Source: Schmidtea nova (taxonomy: Eukaryota). Taken from it: DNA of 64,000 bases. Position numbers and translations under genes: made by a program. The stretch covers positions 26,102,001 to 26,166,000 of the forward strand of contig CM097882.1 in assembly GCA_044892505.1 (NCBI GenBank), read 5' to 3'. Below the pieces are notes generated by a model, which had not been told where the DNA came from, did no database searches, and worked only from the letters and a program-made list of their open reading frames with translations. Within the stretch, counting starts at the first letter, position 1. Each line of letters begins with the position of its first letter. Shown here piece after piece: positions 1 through 13,766 of this stretch.

Positions 1-1255
1 ATTAAAATTAATTTATATATGTGAAAAATGTAAATTTAAGTGCAAAACATGTGTGTATTAAAAACACACCAACATACTAAATTTGCAATCAAGCCATTTT
101 ATAGACATTTAAATTTTATACATATAATGTTACAATGAAAATACAATAAAATTATTTTATATAGGTTAAATATAAAGATTTAATCACAAAACACGTGTGC
201 ACAAAACAAAACACTCCATTCTAAATTTTAAATAAAGCCATCTTGTAGAAATTTAAATTCTGTCTATACATTGTTACACTAGAAACCTGATCAGACCAAA
301 ATAAAGTACCAAAGAATCCGTTAGAAAAAACGGGAGAGTAGGCAGAAGTGTGCTCCATGAGTCATCGTTAAACAAAGACAATGACTTCATCAAAGACTCA
401 TAACAAAGACATACCCCCGCTCCCCTGCCCCCGGGTAAGAAATCTTTCTTTATGGCTCATCGCGATGATTCATAGATGACGTCATCGATGACTCATTTCA
501 AATTTGAATTTTATGACGTCATCGATGACTCATTTCAAATTTAAATTTGAATTTCCAAAGGTCAAATAAGGTCAAACCTTCAAACAAGGGTATCATTCGA
601 AAGGTCTTTGAAAGGCGCACACATTGGCGTTGCCGGCTCAAGCTATAGGCGACCTAGGCGGCCGCCTAGGGCGGCAAAAGTCAATGGGGAGACAAAACAA
701 TGCTATTGGAAAAAATTAAGGTAACTTTTCAAAATATTTTTATTCCAAAATTGATCGTTTGTATAATTGTATTTACTTTACTTTGAAATAACCAATTGCA
801 CCATTAGCCATTTAGCTACATTTAATTGTTAACCCTTGCTCTCCTGATTGTACCGTCTGTAAATTAGTGTAGACTTCTTTGAGTTCATTCACACTTTTAG
901 ACCTATCAAAAATGACGACACTCTGCAGACTGACACATGCTAAACACTAATAAAAATATTTCCATGCGTGCATGCGCAAATGAGAAAAGGTCTTTCTGAT
1001 TGCTTGTTTGAAAGTGTGAGTGGTCTATCCGTGTGCTCACTTCAAGTGAGTCACTTGAAAGAGTGTGAGATATAATGCATTTTCAGTCGTGAATTGTTCA
1101 TCCTGTCATTCTGTACCGTCTGTAGACTATTTACTACGTACATACTTCGTATCTCATGAGTGACGGAAGAAAGAGATTAAGTGGATCAGGTTATAAGAAT
1201 TTGGCAGATGAAAAGAAAAGGAAACAAGAACTCGAGATATCCAAGTTACGTAAAA
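1..1255. repeat. Left arm of long inverted duplication (continues off window start)
   Basis: Reverse complement of 4871-6125; paired coordinates sum to 6126 at both ends; four mismatches found (1063, 1077, 1194, 1209). Confidence 0.95.
337..619 (+). mobile_element. Possible terminus of a Polinton/Maverick-like or other TIR element
   Basis: Starts AGTAGG-CAGAAGTGTG; AACAAAGACA, repeated TGACGTCATCGATGACTCAT and AAGGTCAAA motifs shared with 61177-61460; runs into the 120-bp satellite. No diagnostic ORF. Confidence 0.3.
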
Positions 1256-3998
1256 TTAATAAAATTTTTGAAAAGTCCAACAAGCTTACTGCGGATGACG
1301 GACAGTTTGCTGAAATAAAAGGACCCACAGAAGATGATACAGCAGCACCCATTGATCCATTATCATTTTTGGAACATACAAAAGAAAATGACACTCTCTC
1401 TTCGCAATGCCATTTGACTGTTGAGGTGAAGATTGCTAATCATCCACAAGGTAAGTGGTCCCTATATGATCTATGTAGAATGTTGTATATCATATTATTG
1501 TTTTTATATTACTGACGACCATCAAGAAGCCGATATTGAGGATCCATTCCAGTGGTTTACCCTCAACGATGCGTTAAGAATTCAGTTGGTGAAAAGAGGT
1601 TCACGGCAAATCATGGATGTACAATTTCCACTAGATGATAAAGGAAGGAAATTTAGTTCCCATCACTACAAACGAAATCTTGTGAATGGAGAAAGTGTGA
1701 CACGTTCTTAGCTAGTTTATTTGAAAAGTAAGAACGTCGTATTCTGTTTCTCGTGTAAACTCTTCACGAAAAAATCGGTGGCATTAAAAAGCAGTGGTTG
1801 TTGTGATTGGAAAAATATGTCCGCTATTCTCTAAAGTCATGAAGTGTCGCCAACCCACATAAAAGCTTATATGCAATGGAAGGAGTTAGAAGTTCGTTTG
1901 CGTACAGAAAATACTATTGATGCAGCCAATCAGCGTGTCGTAAAACAAGAAGTCGAACACTGGAGACAAGTATTGGAAAGACTCGTCGGACTCGTTAGAG
2001 TACACGCAGTTCAAAACTTAGCATTTCAAGGTTCGTCCGATAAGCTTTTTACGCCCAACAATGGTAACTTTCTTCAATTTGTTGAATACTTAGGAAGCCT
2101 TGATCCTGTAATGAAAGAACACATCCGGCGCATCAAAAGAGGTGAAATTCATGTGCACTATGCGGGCAAGAATATTCAAAATGAAATCATTGGATTGTTG
2201 GCAAAAAAGATGAGAGACGAAATTCTAAGTGAAGCCAAAAATGCAAAATACTTCTTAATAATCTTTGATTGTACACCTGACGTTAGTCATGTTGAACAAA
2301 TAATTTTTGTGATTCGATTTGTGTCCTTGTGCGAAGCTCAAGAAGAACGTGTTGTGAATGTTGCTGTTCACGAACATTTTCTGCAATATGAGGTCGCATC
2401 TAATACAACTGGAGCTGAATTGACGAATTTAATTGTGAAAAAGATCGAGGAAATGGGCTTAGTTTTGACTAATCTCAGAGGGCAAGGTTACGACAACGGC
2501 TCTAACTTGCAAGGAAAGCATAATGGCGTGCATATGAAAATTCTTGATTTAAATTCTCGGGCATTTTATATCCCTTGCACTGCTCATTCACTGAACCTCG
2601 TCGTCAAATGTTTTGGAGTCGTACAGGCCGTGTATGTGTTTTTTTCTGCGTCCACACATCGCTGGAAGGTTCTCATGAATAATGTGTCGGGTCTAACTGT
2701 CAAACCTCGCAGTGAAACTAGGTGGTCAAATATAGTAAATGCCGTTCGTGTTTTACGTTATCAAATTGGAGAAGTCTATGATGCCCTTATTTCCATTATC
2801 GAAGATACGACCCTAACTGGAGTGACTGGCGCACAAACTCGTGCAGATGCTCAAGGAATTGCATTTCAACTGCGTTGCTTCAAATTTGTTGTTAGTGTGG
2901 TTGTTTGGTATAACGAGGTCAACTTTGCGAACAAACTGCTTCAATCTCAATCTGTCGACATGTCCGAAGCTGTCACTCAGTTGAATAAAACCATTCAATA
3001 TCTCGTAAACTATCGCTCTGACGACAGCTTTCTCAAAACTCTTGAAGAGGCAGAAGGCTTAGCAAAAGATCTGGAGATAGACCCAACTTTTCCTGCTGTG
3101 ACGCAAGTTCGGACTCGTACGAAAAAACGAATGTTTCAGTATGAAGCGGCTGATGATCAAATATCAGATCCCAGACAGTCGTTCAAGTGTCAGTTTTTCT
3201 TCGTGGTGTTAGACGCTGCTATCAACACTATGGAAGAGCGCTTCATGCTCTTGAATGCTCATCACACACTGTTTGGGTTTCTCAGTTGTATTTGAGGAGA
3301 CTATCAGTCCGCCACCCTTCTTGAAAAATGCCGATCATTAGAAAAAGCTCTGACTGACGACAGTGACAAAGACATTGATACCCTCCGTTCTTTTGAAGAA
3401 ATAAAATGCCTACAACATCGAATTCAAGCGAGAAAAGCACCAAAGCAGTTGCTTGAATTTATCTGTGCTAATCAACTGTGCAGTGTATTACCAAATTTGT
3501 CTGTGGCTTTGCGCATCATGCTTACTCTCCCAGTATCTTTTGGAGCAGGAGAATCCAGCTTCTCAAAACTGAAAATAATAAAGAATTACTTGCGATCTAC
3601 AATGGCAGAAGATCGTTTATCGGACTTGGCTATTCTCTCCATTGAGAAAGAAATGGCTTCCAAGGTGGACATCGGTAAACTTGCTCGGGAATTTGCCTCA
3701 ATAAAAATAAGGCGCATTCCATTCTTTTCTGATTGAACTATTGTTTGTACGGTTTGCCTGTATTTCAAAAATTACATCGCACACATTCTCTGACCATGTA
3801 TTTTTTCAGTAGACGGTGTAGAATAAATAGAATTGTAAACGGGCAGTAGAAAAGATAATTACAACAACAAATATTAAGAGAAACATGAAAGATGAACGCA
3901 CAGTGATTTTAACAATCCAAAATGAAATTTACAAATAGGCTATAGGGCGGCAAATTTGCGTTTTGCCTAAGGCGGCAAAAACCCACCAGCCGGCCCCG
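628..3998 (+). mobile_element. hAT DNA transposon (ZMYM/TTF-zinc-finger type), defective
   Basis: Imperfect TIRs CGTTGCCGGCT / AGCCGGCCCCG, subterminal GCCGCC-TAGG motifs, 8-bp TSD cacattgg (620-627) / cacatagg (3999-4006), internal transposase. Confidence 0.9.
1156..3736 (+). pseudogene. hAT transposase pseudogene
   Basis: Exon 1 from 1156 with GTAAGT donor at 1451; TTF-type Zn finger (VFCFSCKLF..DWKN..HE.SP.H); DUF4371-like GNFL region; catalytic motifs DCTPDVSHVEQ, GQGYDNGSN, PCTAHSLNL, ETRWS; hAT dimerisation ESSFSKLKIIKNYLRSTM. In-frame stops at 1709, 1832, 3293. Confidence 0.93.
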
Positions 3999-4000
3999 CA

Positions 4001-4554
4001 CATAGGTCATACCCTCGAAGGTCTATGGAGGGTCCTGAACCTTCAAAGGGTAAAAAACCTTCAATTTTTTTAAACCTTACAAGTTATACATCATTCGAAA
4101 AGTATTTGAAGGGTGAGTATGATGGTCATACCTCCGAAGGTCTATGGTGGGTCAATAACCTTAAAAGGGTGCAAAACCTTCAAATCTTTTCAAACCTTAT
4201 AATATACATATCACTCGAAAGGTAATTGAGAGGTAAGTATGATGGTCATACCTTCGAAGGTGTATGAAGGGTCCTGTACCTTCAATGGATTCAAAACCCT
4301 AAAATAATTTTAAACCATATAATTTACATATCAATCGAAAGGTATTTGAGAGGTAAGTATGATTATCATACTTTTGAAGATTTATGGAGGGTCCTGAACC
4401 TTCAAAGGGTCAAAAACCTTCAAATTTTTTCGGACCTTACAAGTTATATATCATTCGAAAGGTAATTGAGAGGTGCATATGATGGTCATACCCTTGAAGG
4501 TTTATGGAGGGTGCGTAACCTTCAAGGGTCTGAAACCTTCAAATATTTTGAAAC

Positions 4555-4646
<92 letters not shown>

Positions 4647-4870
4647 TTCGAAAGGTAATTGACAGGTAAATATGATGGTCATACCCTTGAAGGTGTATGG
4701 TGTGTGCTCAATCTTCAAGGAGTCTGAAACCTTCAAAAAATTTCAAACCTTTTAATATACATATGTTTCGAAAGGTATTTGAGAGGTGCACATTGTGGTC
4801 ATACTTTCGAAGGTCTATGGTGGGTGCTCAACCTTCAAATGGTACAAAAACCTTCAACTTTTTTCAAACC
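4001..4870. repeat. ~120-bp tandem satellite, ~7 diverged copies
   Basis: GGTCATACC unit anchor at 4005, 4124, 4244, ~4364, 4484, 4677, 4797; unit ggtcatacc..gaaggt.tatgg.gggt..t.aaccttcaa..aaacctt..tcattcgaaaggt. Confidence 0.92.
4558..4644. repeat. (TA)n microsatellite inside the satellite
   Basis: Pure TA run; produces spurious IY-repeat ORFs. Confidence 0.98.
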
Positions 4871-6125
4871 TTTTACGTAACTTGGATATCTCGAGTTCTT
4901 GTTTCCTTTTCTTTTCGTCTGCCAAATTCTTGTAACCTGATCCACTTAATCTCTTTCTTCCGTCACTCATGAGATACGAAGTATGTACGTAGTAAATAGT
5001 CTACAGACGGTACAGAATGACAGGATGAACAATTCACGACTGAAAATGTATTATATCTCACAGTCTTTCAAGTGACTCACTTGAAGTGAGCACACGGATA
5101 GACCACTCACACTTTCAAACAAGCAATCAGAAAGACCTTTTCTCATTTGCGCATGCACGCATGGAAATATTTTTATTAGTGTTTAGCATGTGTCAGTCTG
5201 CAGAGTGTCGTCATTTTTGATAGGTCTAAAAGTGTGAATGAACTCAAAGAAGTCTACACTAATTTACAGACGGTACAATCAGGAGAGCAAGGGTTAACAA
5301 TTAAATGTAGCTAAATGGCTAATGGTGCAATTGGTTATTTCAAAGTAAAGTAAATACAATTATACAAACGATCAATTTTGGAATAAAAATATTTTGAAAA
5401 GTTACCTTAATTTTTTCCAATAGCATTGTTTTGTCTCCCCATTGACTTTTGCCGCCCTAGGCGGCCGCCTAGGTCGCCTATAGCTTGAGCCGGCAACGCC
5501 AATGTGTGCGCCTTTCAAAGACCTTTCGAATGATACCCTTGTTTGAAGGTTTGACCTTATTTGACCTTTGGAAATTCAAATTTAAATTTGAAATGAGTCA
5601 TCGATGACGTCATAAAATTCAAATTTGAAATGAGTCATCGATGACGTCATCTATGAATCATCGCGATGAGCCATAAAGAAAGATTTCTTACCCGGGGGCA
5701 GGGGAGCGGGGGTATGTCTTTGTTATGAGTCTTTGATGAAGTCATTGTCTTTGTTTAACGATGACTCATGGAGCACACTTCTGCCTACTCTCCCGTTTTT
5801 TCTAACGGATTCTTTGGTACTTTATTTTGGTCTGATCAGGTTTCTAGTGTAACAATGTATAGACAGAATTTAAATTTCTACAAGATGGCTTTATTTAAAA
5901 TTTAGAATGGAGTGTTTTGTTTTGTGCACACGTGTTTTGTGATTAAATCTTTATATTTAACCTATATAAAATAATTTTATTGTATTTTCATTGTAACATT
6001 ATATGTATAAAATTTAAATGTCTATAAAATGGCTTGATTGCAAATTTAGTATGTTGGTGTGTTTTTAATACACACATGTTTTGCACTTAAATTTACATTT
6101 TTCACATATATAAATTAATTTTAAT
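4871..6125. repeat. Right arm of inverted duplication, containing an inverted copy of the hAT left end (4871-5498)
   Basis: Reverse complement of 1-1255; hAT TIR AGCCGGCAACG ends at 5498. Confidence 0.95.
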
Positions 6126-6830
6126 GAGTTTTAATTGTAATAATGTAGAGATAAATTTTTTTACAAAATGGCTAGATTAGAAATTTGAAAGTTATCGTAT
6201 TTTGAGATGCACACATGTTTTGTACTTAAATTTGAATTTTTCATATATAAATTAACTTGATTGAGTTTTTAAGTTTTTACATTTTTCATCCAAATAAAAT
6301 TACTTTTTCAAGTTTTCATTATAATATTGTACATATAAAATTTATTATAAAATGACTTGATTGAAAATTTAGTTTATTGGGGTATTTGTATGACTCACAT
6401 GTTTTTTAATAAAATTTGTATATTTCACCTATTTAAAGTACGTTTTGAGTTTTATTTATAATATTGTACGTATATAATCTAATTTCATATAAAATGGCTT
6501 GATTCAAATTTTAAAATTTATCGTATTTTGTGATACACATGTGTTTTTTTATTAATCTTTGCATTTTTAAACTATAAAAAATTAATTTTATTGAGTTTTC
6601 ATTGTAACTATAAAATTTTAATTTCTATAAAATTTCCGTTTACATGTTTCACACATGTTTCACACATGTTTTGTAATTATTTTGAATTTTATCAAAATAA
6701 AATTACTTTGTTATAATTCCCATTGTAATATTATAGAGATAATATTTATTAAAAAATGGCTTGATTCAAAATTATGTATATGCATTTGTCTGTCATACAC
6801 ACGTGTTTTTCACGTTGCGATTTTTCATGA
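5880..6830. repeat. Degenerate AT-rich tandem repeat, ~130-190-bp period
   Basis: Recurring AAATGGCTTGATT ... CACACATGTTTT motif pairs (e.g. 6027/6071, 6166/6211, 6350/6395, 6493/6536, 6755/6797). Confidence 0.7.
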
Positions 6831-7386
6831 TGCAAATATTTTTCAGTTATTTAGCATAGATTAAACATTTATTTTAATCATGTATAGATAGAATTTAATT
6901 TTTTATCGCATACTCAATATATATATAGAGGTTTTGTGTGTCTGTGTGTGTTATTGACAATTCTAATGTATTTTATCAAAAATAATTACAATAATTTTCA
7001 TAACTGATGTAATTACTGTAATGTAATTTAAATGTAATTCATTCAAATATTTGATCTAATTTATTGTAATATTATTACCTGTATGAAATTTATTGAAATA
7101 TTTTATAACTAATGTAAAATATAATTTGGAGAAATAATAAGATGTTAAATAAATAATATCGCCAAATCATCTTTTAAAAAATTATTTATTTTTTTAAAAT
7201 TGTGCAACGTATTATATGTTTAGTCTTAATTCTACATCCATTTCTTGAATTTTATTTGATGATAATAATAAATTTCGATAAATTACTCGATTTTGATTGG
7301 TCAAAGGTTATGTGTGTGTAATAACTTTCATATATGAATAATAATCTTTCAGTCATTATTTACTTTTACAAATACAAAAACTTAAA

Positions 7387-8514
7387 ATGAACACTACAGC
7401 AACTAGTTTTATGAACGCAAAACCAAGCGACAATGAAAATGGTAAATTTATTTTTTTTAATTTATTATCATTTAGTATTAATTTAGGTAATATTAATATC
7501 AATAATTCAATTGGTAAATCGATTTTAGAAAATGTGGAAGAAAATTGTATTTAATCTTTAACTTAGTATATTATTTAGTTTTTACTTTAGGTGATGTAAA
7601 TATGAATGATCAAAATCACGTCGAAATAAAGATTGTTAGTGACGAAAATATTATGATTGATGGAATCATACCTAATGCATCAATAAATATTCAATGTAGG
7701 TATTGATAAATTTTAATTAATTTGATTAACTTTTAATTAATTTAGTAAATAAATATAGTAAAATATTNNNNNNNNNNNNNNNNNNNNNNNNNNNNNNNNN
7801 NNNNNNNNNNNNNNNNNNNNNNNNNNNNNNNNNNNNNNNNNNNNNNNNNNNNNNNNNNNNNNNNNNNNNNNNNNNNNNNNNNNNNNNNNNNNNNNNNNNN
7901 NNNNNNNNNNNNNNNNNNNNNNNNNNNNNNNNNNNNNNNNNNNNNNNNNNNNNNNNNNNNNNNNNNTCATAGGTGTTTTATACCCAAATTATTGCTTTTC
8001 AACTGACCACATCGATAATTGTCATAGATCAATGGAGCAATATTATGGACACTCTTGTTATAAAATTCGCTATTATATATGCCCCGTATGCCAAACTTCT
8101 CAACCCCTTACATATAAAAATTTTTACGATGAACATAAGGATCATTTAAATGAATATAGGTCTAAGAAAATAAAATTATTTAAAAGACCAAACTTGACTC
8201 AAAACCCTATTAATAATAAAAAGATTAAATTGAACATAGAAATAATCAAGAAATCACAAAATTTACAAGAAGAGATTGAAGACAAGATTTTATTAGAAGC
8301 GATGGAAGAGGTGGAAGCGGACGAAGCGGATGAAAACAAGAATTTAATTGTAGCGGTGGAAGAGATTGAAGATTTTTGTAACGTTGGATTTTATCAAACT
8401 GGAGGAAGTGTTATAGAACCTCTCGCTGTCATTGAAAGTGATTTAAATGGATCGCATAGGATTTTGCTGTTATTTGTGCGATATTTTAATGGGAGTTTCT
8501 TCAATAATTTTTAA
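7387..8514 (+). CDS. Candidate spliced gene of unknown function spanning the gap
   Basis: ATG 7387, exon to 7441 (GT donor), exon 7591-7699 (tttag acceptor, gtatt donor), open frame from ~7973 to 8514 with CPVC/His cluster and acidic tract. Exon phases do not join directly across the gap. Confidence 0.4.
7768..7966. other. Assembly gap (199 N)
   Basis: Run of n. Confidence 1.
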
Positions 8515-8521
8515 TAAATTA

Positions 8522-8981
8522 CCGTTTATACTCGTGTATAAGTCCACTGGAGTACAAGTCGAATTGAAAATTTAAAGCCAGTTTTTAGTCCAAAATTGAA
8601 AACCCGTGTACATGTCGATGTAAAAAATGAGGTCATAAATAATATGTAGATAATAAGTTTCTTTGTTGGATAATTGCAGATTACTGGTTTTATTTCTTTG
8701 AAAATATTGGTTATCGAATTTAATTTTATTAATAAATGAATTTAAAATTATTAATTTAATTTCAATGTCTTAATAATTAACAAATTCGTTGTTTGAATTG
8801 CATAATTTAATTGAAAGTAATTAATTTGATTAAAAGGGACACGATGAAAAAACTCATTTTCCAAAAAAATAATTTGGAAAAAGTAAATATGATTTTTGTA
8901 TGACCCGTTTATAAGTCGAATTGAAGAAAAAGTCCTCAAATTTAGTACAAAATTTCTCGACTTATACACGAGTATATACTG
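8522..8981. mobile_element. Tc1/mariner-superfamily (Tc2/pogo-like) MITE
   Basis: TIRs CCGTTTATACTCGTGTATAAGTC / GACTTATACACGAGTATATACTG, TA on both sides. Confidence 0.85.
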
Positions 8982-9786
8982 TAGTCTCTTTATTTTAATG
9001 CTAATTTTATTCTCTGATCATGCTTTTTATTACCAATGATCTTCCCCATTCAATTCTCGTGTGGTCTTTCGTATGTAAATTTGACCTGCACTTAAATTCT
9101 GTGCTCTCTTTTGAGATGCATATTATCTATTGTTTTTATCCTTACCTCGGCTTACTTATGAAATGTGGTTCGTATGCATAATATTGGTGCTTTAATATTC
9201 TATATACTTTACTAGCAGCAACGATATCGAATTCATTTTCTGTATCCATTAAAAAGATCAAATTATCTACAAAATTTATTATATTCAAAACTATGCTTTT
9301 TCTCGTAATATTCAAACAAAACTTGAAGGCTATTCTTCTTTAATTCTGATGTTGATTTAAATGCTGGCTAATTATTAAATAAGTAATAACATATATTTTA
9401 ATTTAACATTAATTTAATTTATTAATTTAAAATGTTTATATAAAAATTTATGAAATCTGATAAATATAATTTAAATATTTATTAGCAATTTTAATTTAAA
9501 TGTGAATTCTACCCTTTCGTACTTTATGCTATTTTCCTGTTTATTGCTCTTATGTGTTATCGTGCGTTTTTAATTGTCCTGTTTTTATGAATTTAATTTT
9601 TGACGTATTAAAACAAAAATTGAACATCACTTTTACTAGCCCAACCTTTGCATTAGATAAATGTAATATTTCATTTAATAGGGTATTTTAGTAATTGTGA
9701 TTTATTTATGATATTTAAATGGATTTTAATAGAAAATATAACTTATTATTTATCGTTTGGTAACTAAACTTTTATTTTTATCTAAT

Positions 9787-10642
9787 TGTTGAGGATACCT
9801 AAATAATAAATAATATTATAAATAATTTGAATAAATTGTAGGAAAACCGATAAGGTGATTGAAATAGCATTCTGAAACTTGGCGAAGAAAACGGAAAAGT
9901 AAAGAAATTGATAAATGTGGAAAGTTTTACAAAATAAAAGAAATAAAACAATAAAACAGAGAAAGGTCATTTATAATTAATAAGTGCAAGAAAACGAAAT
10001 GGGATTCCAAAATTCGAAAACGAAAAAACGATAACAAACCCGGTGTCTTGACAACTGTCAGAGATAACACTGGAATTAGGAAAAACATTTAGGAAATGCC
10101 TGTGATAAAAATGGGAAAAGCAAATTATCCCAAGTGCCAAGCTGCAATGTGTAACACGGGAGCTAAAAAAGAAAACGGGAAATGCCAGCGATAGGAATGG
10201 GGAGAAAGCAAATCATCAAAAGTGCTGGCGAATGGCAAACTATAAAAAGGGAAAGGCCCCAGTTTTAGACAGGAATTTTGTGGCAAGAATAAGTTTTGTG
10301 CTACAAAATTAAACTTATTGAGAAAAGTTTGTTGAGTCGAATTTCAAATCAAAGCAAAGAAAGCAATTAGTTGGTTACATTTTGTTAATTCTAAATCAGT
10401 AGTTGCTGATCCTTAGACAGAGATTATACACGAGTGCTATTCCTCACATAAGTGTCGTAATAAGCACTGTATAATTGCCTCAGATTATTGATTGATTATA
10501 CCAGTGTAATTGTGGAACTAGTTGTGATATGAATAAAGATTCCTATTATAATTATTATTCTATTGATTAATAAAACACACATTCGGAGTCAGAAGTTTGA
10601 TTGGTAATTTTTAAACTTCACCAACTACATAATAACTGAGCA
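9787..10642 (+). mobile_element. Solo LTR (family A/B)
   Basis: TGTTG...CA ends, 4-bp TSD TAAT/TAAT, TATAAAAAGG and AATAAA inside; homologous to 21991-23050 (tgttgaRgatacctaaataa; gattatac.cgagtgctatt). Confidence 0.85.
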
Positions 10643-12168
10643 TAATGAAAAGGTCATATTATGAAATGAGATAACCAATATCAACAATCTAATATTCCTT
10701 TTCTATTTTTCATTAATTAATAATGCCATTGTATTTCAAAAACCTTTATCGGGGTTTCATGATTTTATTTAGTGCTATAGATATTTATTTTAATTTAATT
10801 CAGTATGCTTATATATAAATTGTCATTTAATTAAAAAAAATTCAATATCATGAGATTTTAGCCAAACAATGACAATATAATTTTTTAACTAAAATTTTCA
10901 AGAAATCATTTTCTATTATTTTTTAAAAATGAATTGTATTTAGGGTAATTTATTCCTTGATCATTCCTTAATTCTCTTCCATCTAATGATCCATAAAAAC
11001 ACAAAATATAAGTATTAACTTTAACTGAGTATTCATAAATTTATGAATATTTTAAAATAATAAAATTGCTTTAATTTTAAAATCAAAATATATTATATTT
11101 TGCCTCTAAAAACATTATTTATATTGATAAGTTTATGTACTAAATTTTAGTACATAAACTTATCAATATAAGTAAAATAAAAATTGTTTTATAATTTGTT
11201 TATTCGTGGCAAGAAATAAATAAAAAGCGAAATCATTGAAAAGATTTAAAAAGACATCATTTTAAAATAATAAATTTTATTTCTGTTAAATTTTCTCAAA
11301 TGGTACCTGACTTTTGCTTATAACATAATTTAATCGCCATTAATCTATTTGCATTAATTATTTACCAGCTGCTTCTAAATACTCAGTTTATTCGCAATAT
11401 TTCTATTTTGACATTAATAATCAATCCAAACTTTAATGATAATTATACTCGCTTGTAAATTTTAAGTTAGGTAACAGTTCTAATTCCGAAATCAAAAAAC
11501 ATTACATAATCACTGTTTTGCCATTTTATGATAATTGATGATAATAATGAACAAAATTATAAAAACATCAAAATTGTTATTAGTTTAATAATGACTAGAG
11601 ATGCCTTGATCTCCTGCTTGATGGTATGCGAAGTAAGTTTTCATTATTATTACAAAATTGATTTTTAATTTAAATGTTAATTAATAAGTAATTATTATAT
11701 TGCTTATTGATTTTTATAATTAATAATTTAATTAATAATTTATAATTAATAATTAATAATTTGGTCAATGTTAAATCTTTTAAAGTACTTTCCCAGTATT
11801 ATTATAAGTTATATTATTATGAATTATATTTGACTCTTAACAGTTGACTTGGTAAATATATAAAATTCGCTGTTGGTGTTATAAAAATCATTTTCAGTAA
11901 CGCAAGAATAAGTTATTATAATTAATGAAATTATTCTTGTGATTGAATATAGTAAATAATATAGTTATAATCCGAATTTATAATATAAAATAGTTAATGG
12001 TATGATTAGTTTTCTTCAAAATCATTGAATAATCTACGTTCTTCGAATTTGTTCTAATCGCTTGAAATTGAAAATAAAAGGTTAAAGGTGGAAAATTTTG
12101 ATATGGTTTTGAATTTACCGAATGATTAGAAATGATTTTTTGACAAGCCATTCTTTTGATTTTCAATA

Positions 12169-12816
12169 CAGTCCTCCCCGTTTATAAGGGAATTTCTTTT
12201 ATAGAGAGTTAAAAATGCAAGCATAATTTATTTATATCGAATTAATCAAAACAATATTTCCATTATAATATTACTATTATAAAAAGTAAATTAATAATAT
12301 GAGATAGTTCAATATTCACTATTTTGTCTTGCGACATTGTTTCTTTGGATTTCTAACTTTAAAATTTTTTTGTTATCGCTTTTAAGAGAATTATTATCAT
12401 CATTCTAATTCAGCTTGATTTATTTAAGGTAGTAAATGCATATAAGGGATGGAAACTAAAACAATGAGTATATTGAAGCAGACAAAAAACGGTATTTGGT
12501 GAAATATTGCTTGAAGATAGTTTAACTTTGACTAAAGATGAAAATACAATTGTGAAAGACCCTAATAAAGAAAAAATTGGGTTGGTAAAGGTGTTATTGA
12601 TAAAGCTGAAAAATGAATTCTGTATTGTAGCACCGGAAATAGCTCAGATCCTTATGAAGCCTGGAAATGCAAGTAATGAAGAGATAAATAAACAAATGGT
12701 TTTATAAGTTCAATCTGTTTTCTTATTTTCATTTTTTTAAATTGACTTTAAGGGAAATTTCTTATAAAGGGGAGATTTTATCGATCCTAAAATTCCCTTA
12801 TAAGCGGGGAATACTG
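12169..12816. mobile_element. pogo/Tigger-like non-autonomous element
   Basis: TIRs CAGTCCTCCCCGTTTATAAGGGAATTT / AAATTCCCTTATAAGCGGGGAATACTG, TA TSD. Confidence 0.85.
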
Positions 12817-13297
12817 TAAATAAATGCGCATGTATTCCATTATATGAATTGAATTCTAATACGACAACACGAATAACCTTTTGGGTTTTTATTGTATTCC
12901 TTTAATTTATTTTTGGTTTAAAAGTTGTATATAGAAATAAGTACTCACTGAATTTTACTTTCATATTTTTTCTTATTAAAATTGCTAGTTGAATTGGTTA
13001 TTTTATAAAATAATAAACCGTGCGCAGTATCGATTAACTGTTTTAATGAGCGCATTAATTTAATTTAATCTGTTTCTCTCTGGGTTACAAGGCTAAACCA
13101 AATTTCCATTTTTATTAATTTTACTCTCAAACATACCATGGATAAAAACTCCTTGCGAATAATCCTAGATGTTTAACAATTCTATTGATTTTCATTTTTT
13201 TCTATCGTATTTTCTATTTAAATTTTTATGATCCAGATTTTTTCTATATTAATAAAATTTATAAATTTCTCGAATGAGCTTAAAATACATCTTAAAC

Positions 13298-13766
13298 AAG
13301 TGTTTCCCAACCAATTTTTATCCACGGAACTCTAAAATCACAATCTCCCTCCGGAATTCAAACAGTTAAAAAGGTCAAAAATTTACAGAATGCTACTAAA
13401 TTTATTTTAAAACTTTTAATGGAAGAATGGCAATGATTTTCACCGCAAAGATTTCAATTACATCAACTTTCTCATATAATATTATCTTTATTAAACAGAA
13501 ATCAGTGACTATGGAATTGGAAAAAAGCACTTTGATTTAAAAACATTTAAAATGATCTTCAAAAAACTTCATCACTTTGTTATAATTTATATGACGAAAC
13601 TTTTCTCAACGTAAAATTGACAAAATATTTAAACCAAAACCGAAAATATCCGTTTACAAAACTTAGAAACTGTAAATATCTAGTGCCAGAGCTCATAATC
13701 CCACAAAACCCTTGAGATTTCCCAGGGAGTCCTAGGGTTCTACAGAACCTCATTTAGGAATAACTG
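13298..13766. mobile_element. hAT (Charlie-like) MITE, old
   Basis: Degenerate TIRs (a)AGTGTTTCCCAACC / TTTAGGAATAACTG; imperfect 8-bp TSD tcttaaac/atttaaac. Confidence 0.55.

Noticed and set aside
4025-4972. ORFs in the satellite and (TA)n
   Set aside because: Repeat-derived; the 4697 ORF merely reads into the inverted arm.
7737-7970. 77-aa ORF of X residues
   Set aside because: Artefact of the N gap.
8990-9360. ~120-codon minus-strand frame with four stops
   Set aside because: No recognisable family; too decayed to call.
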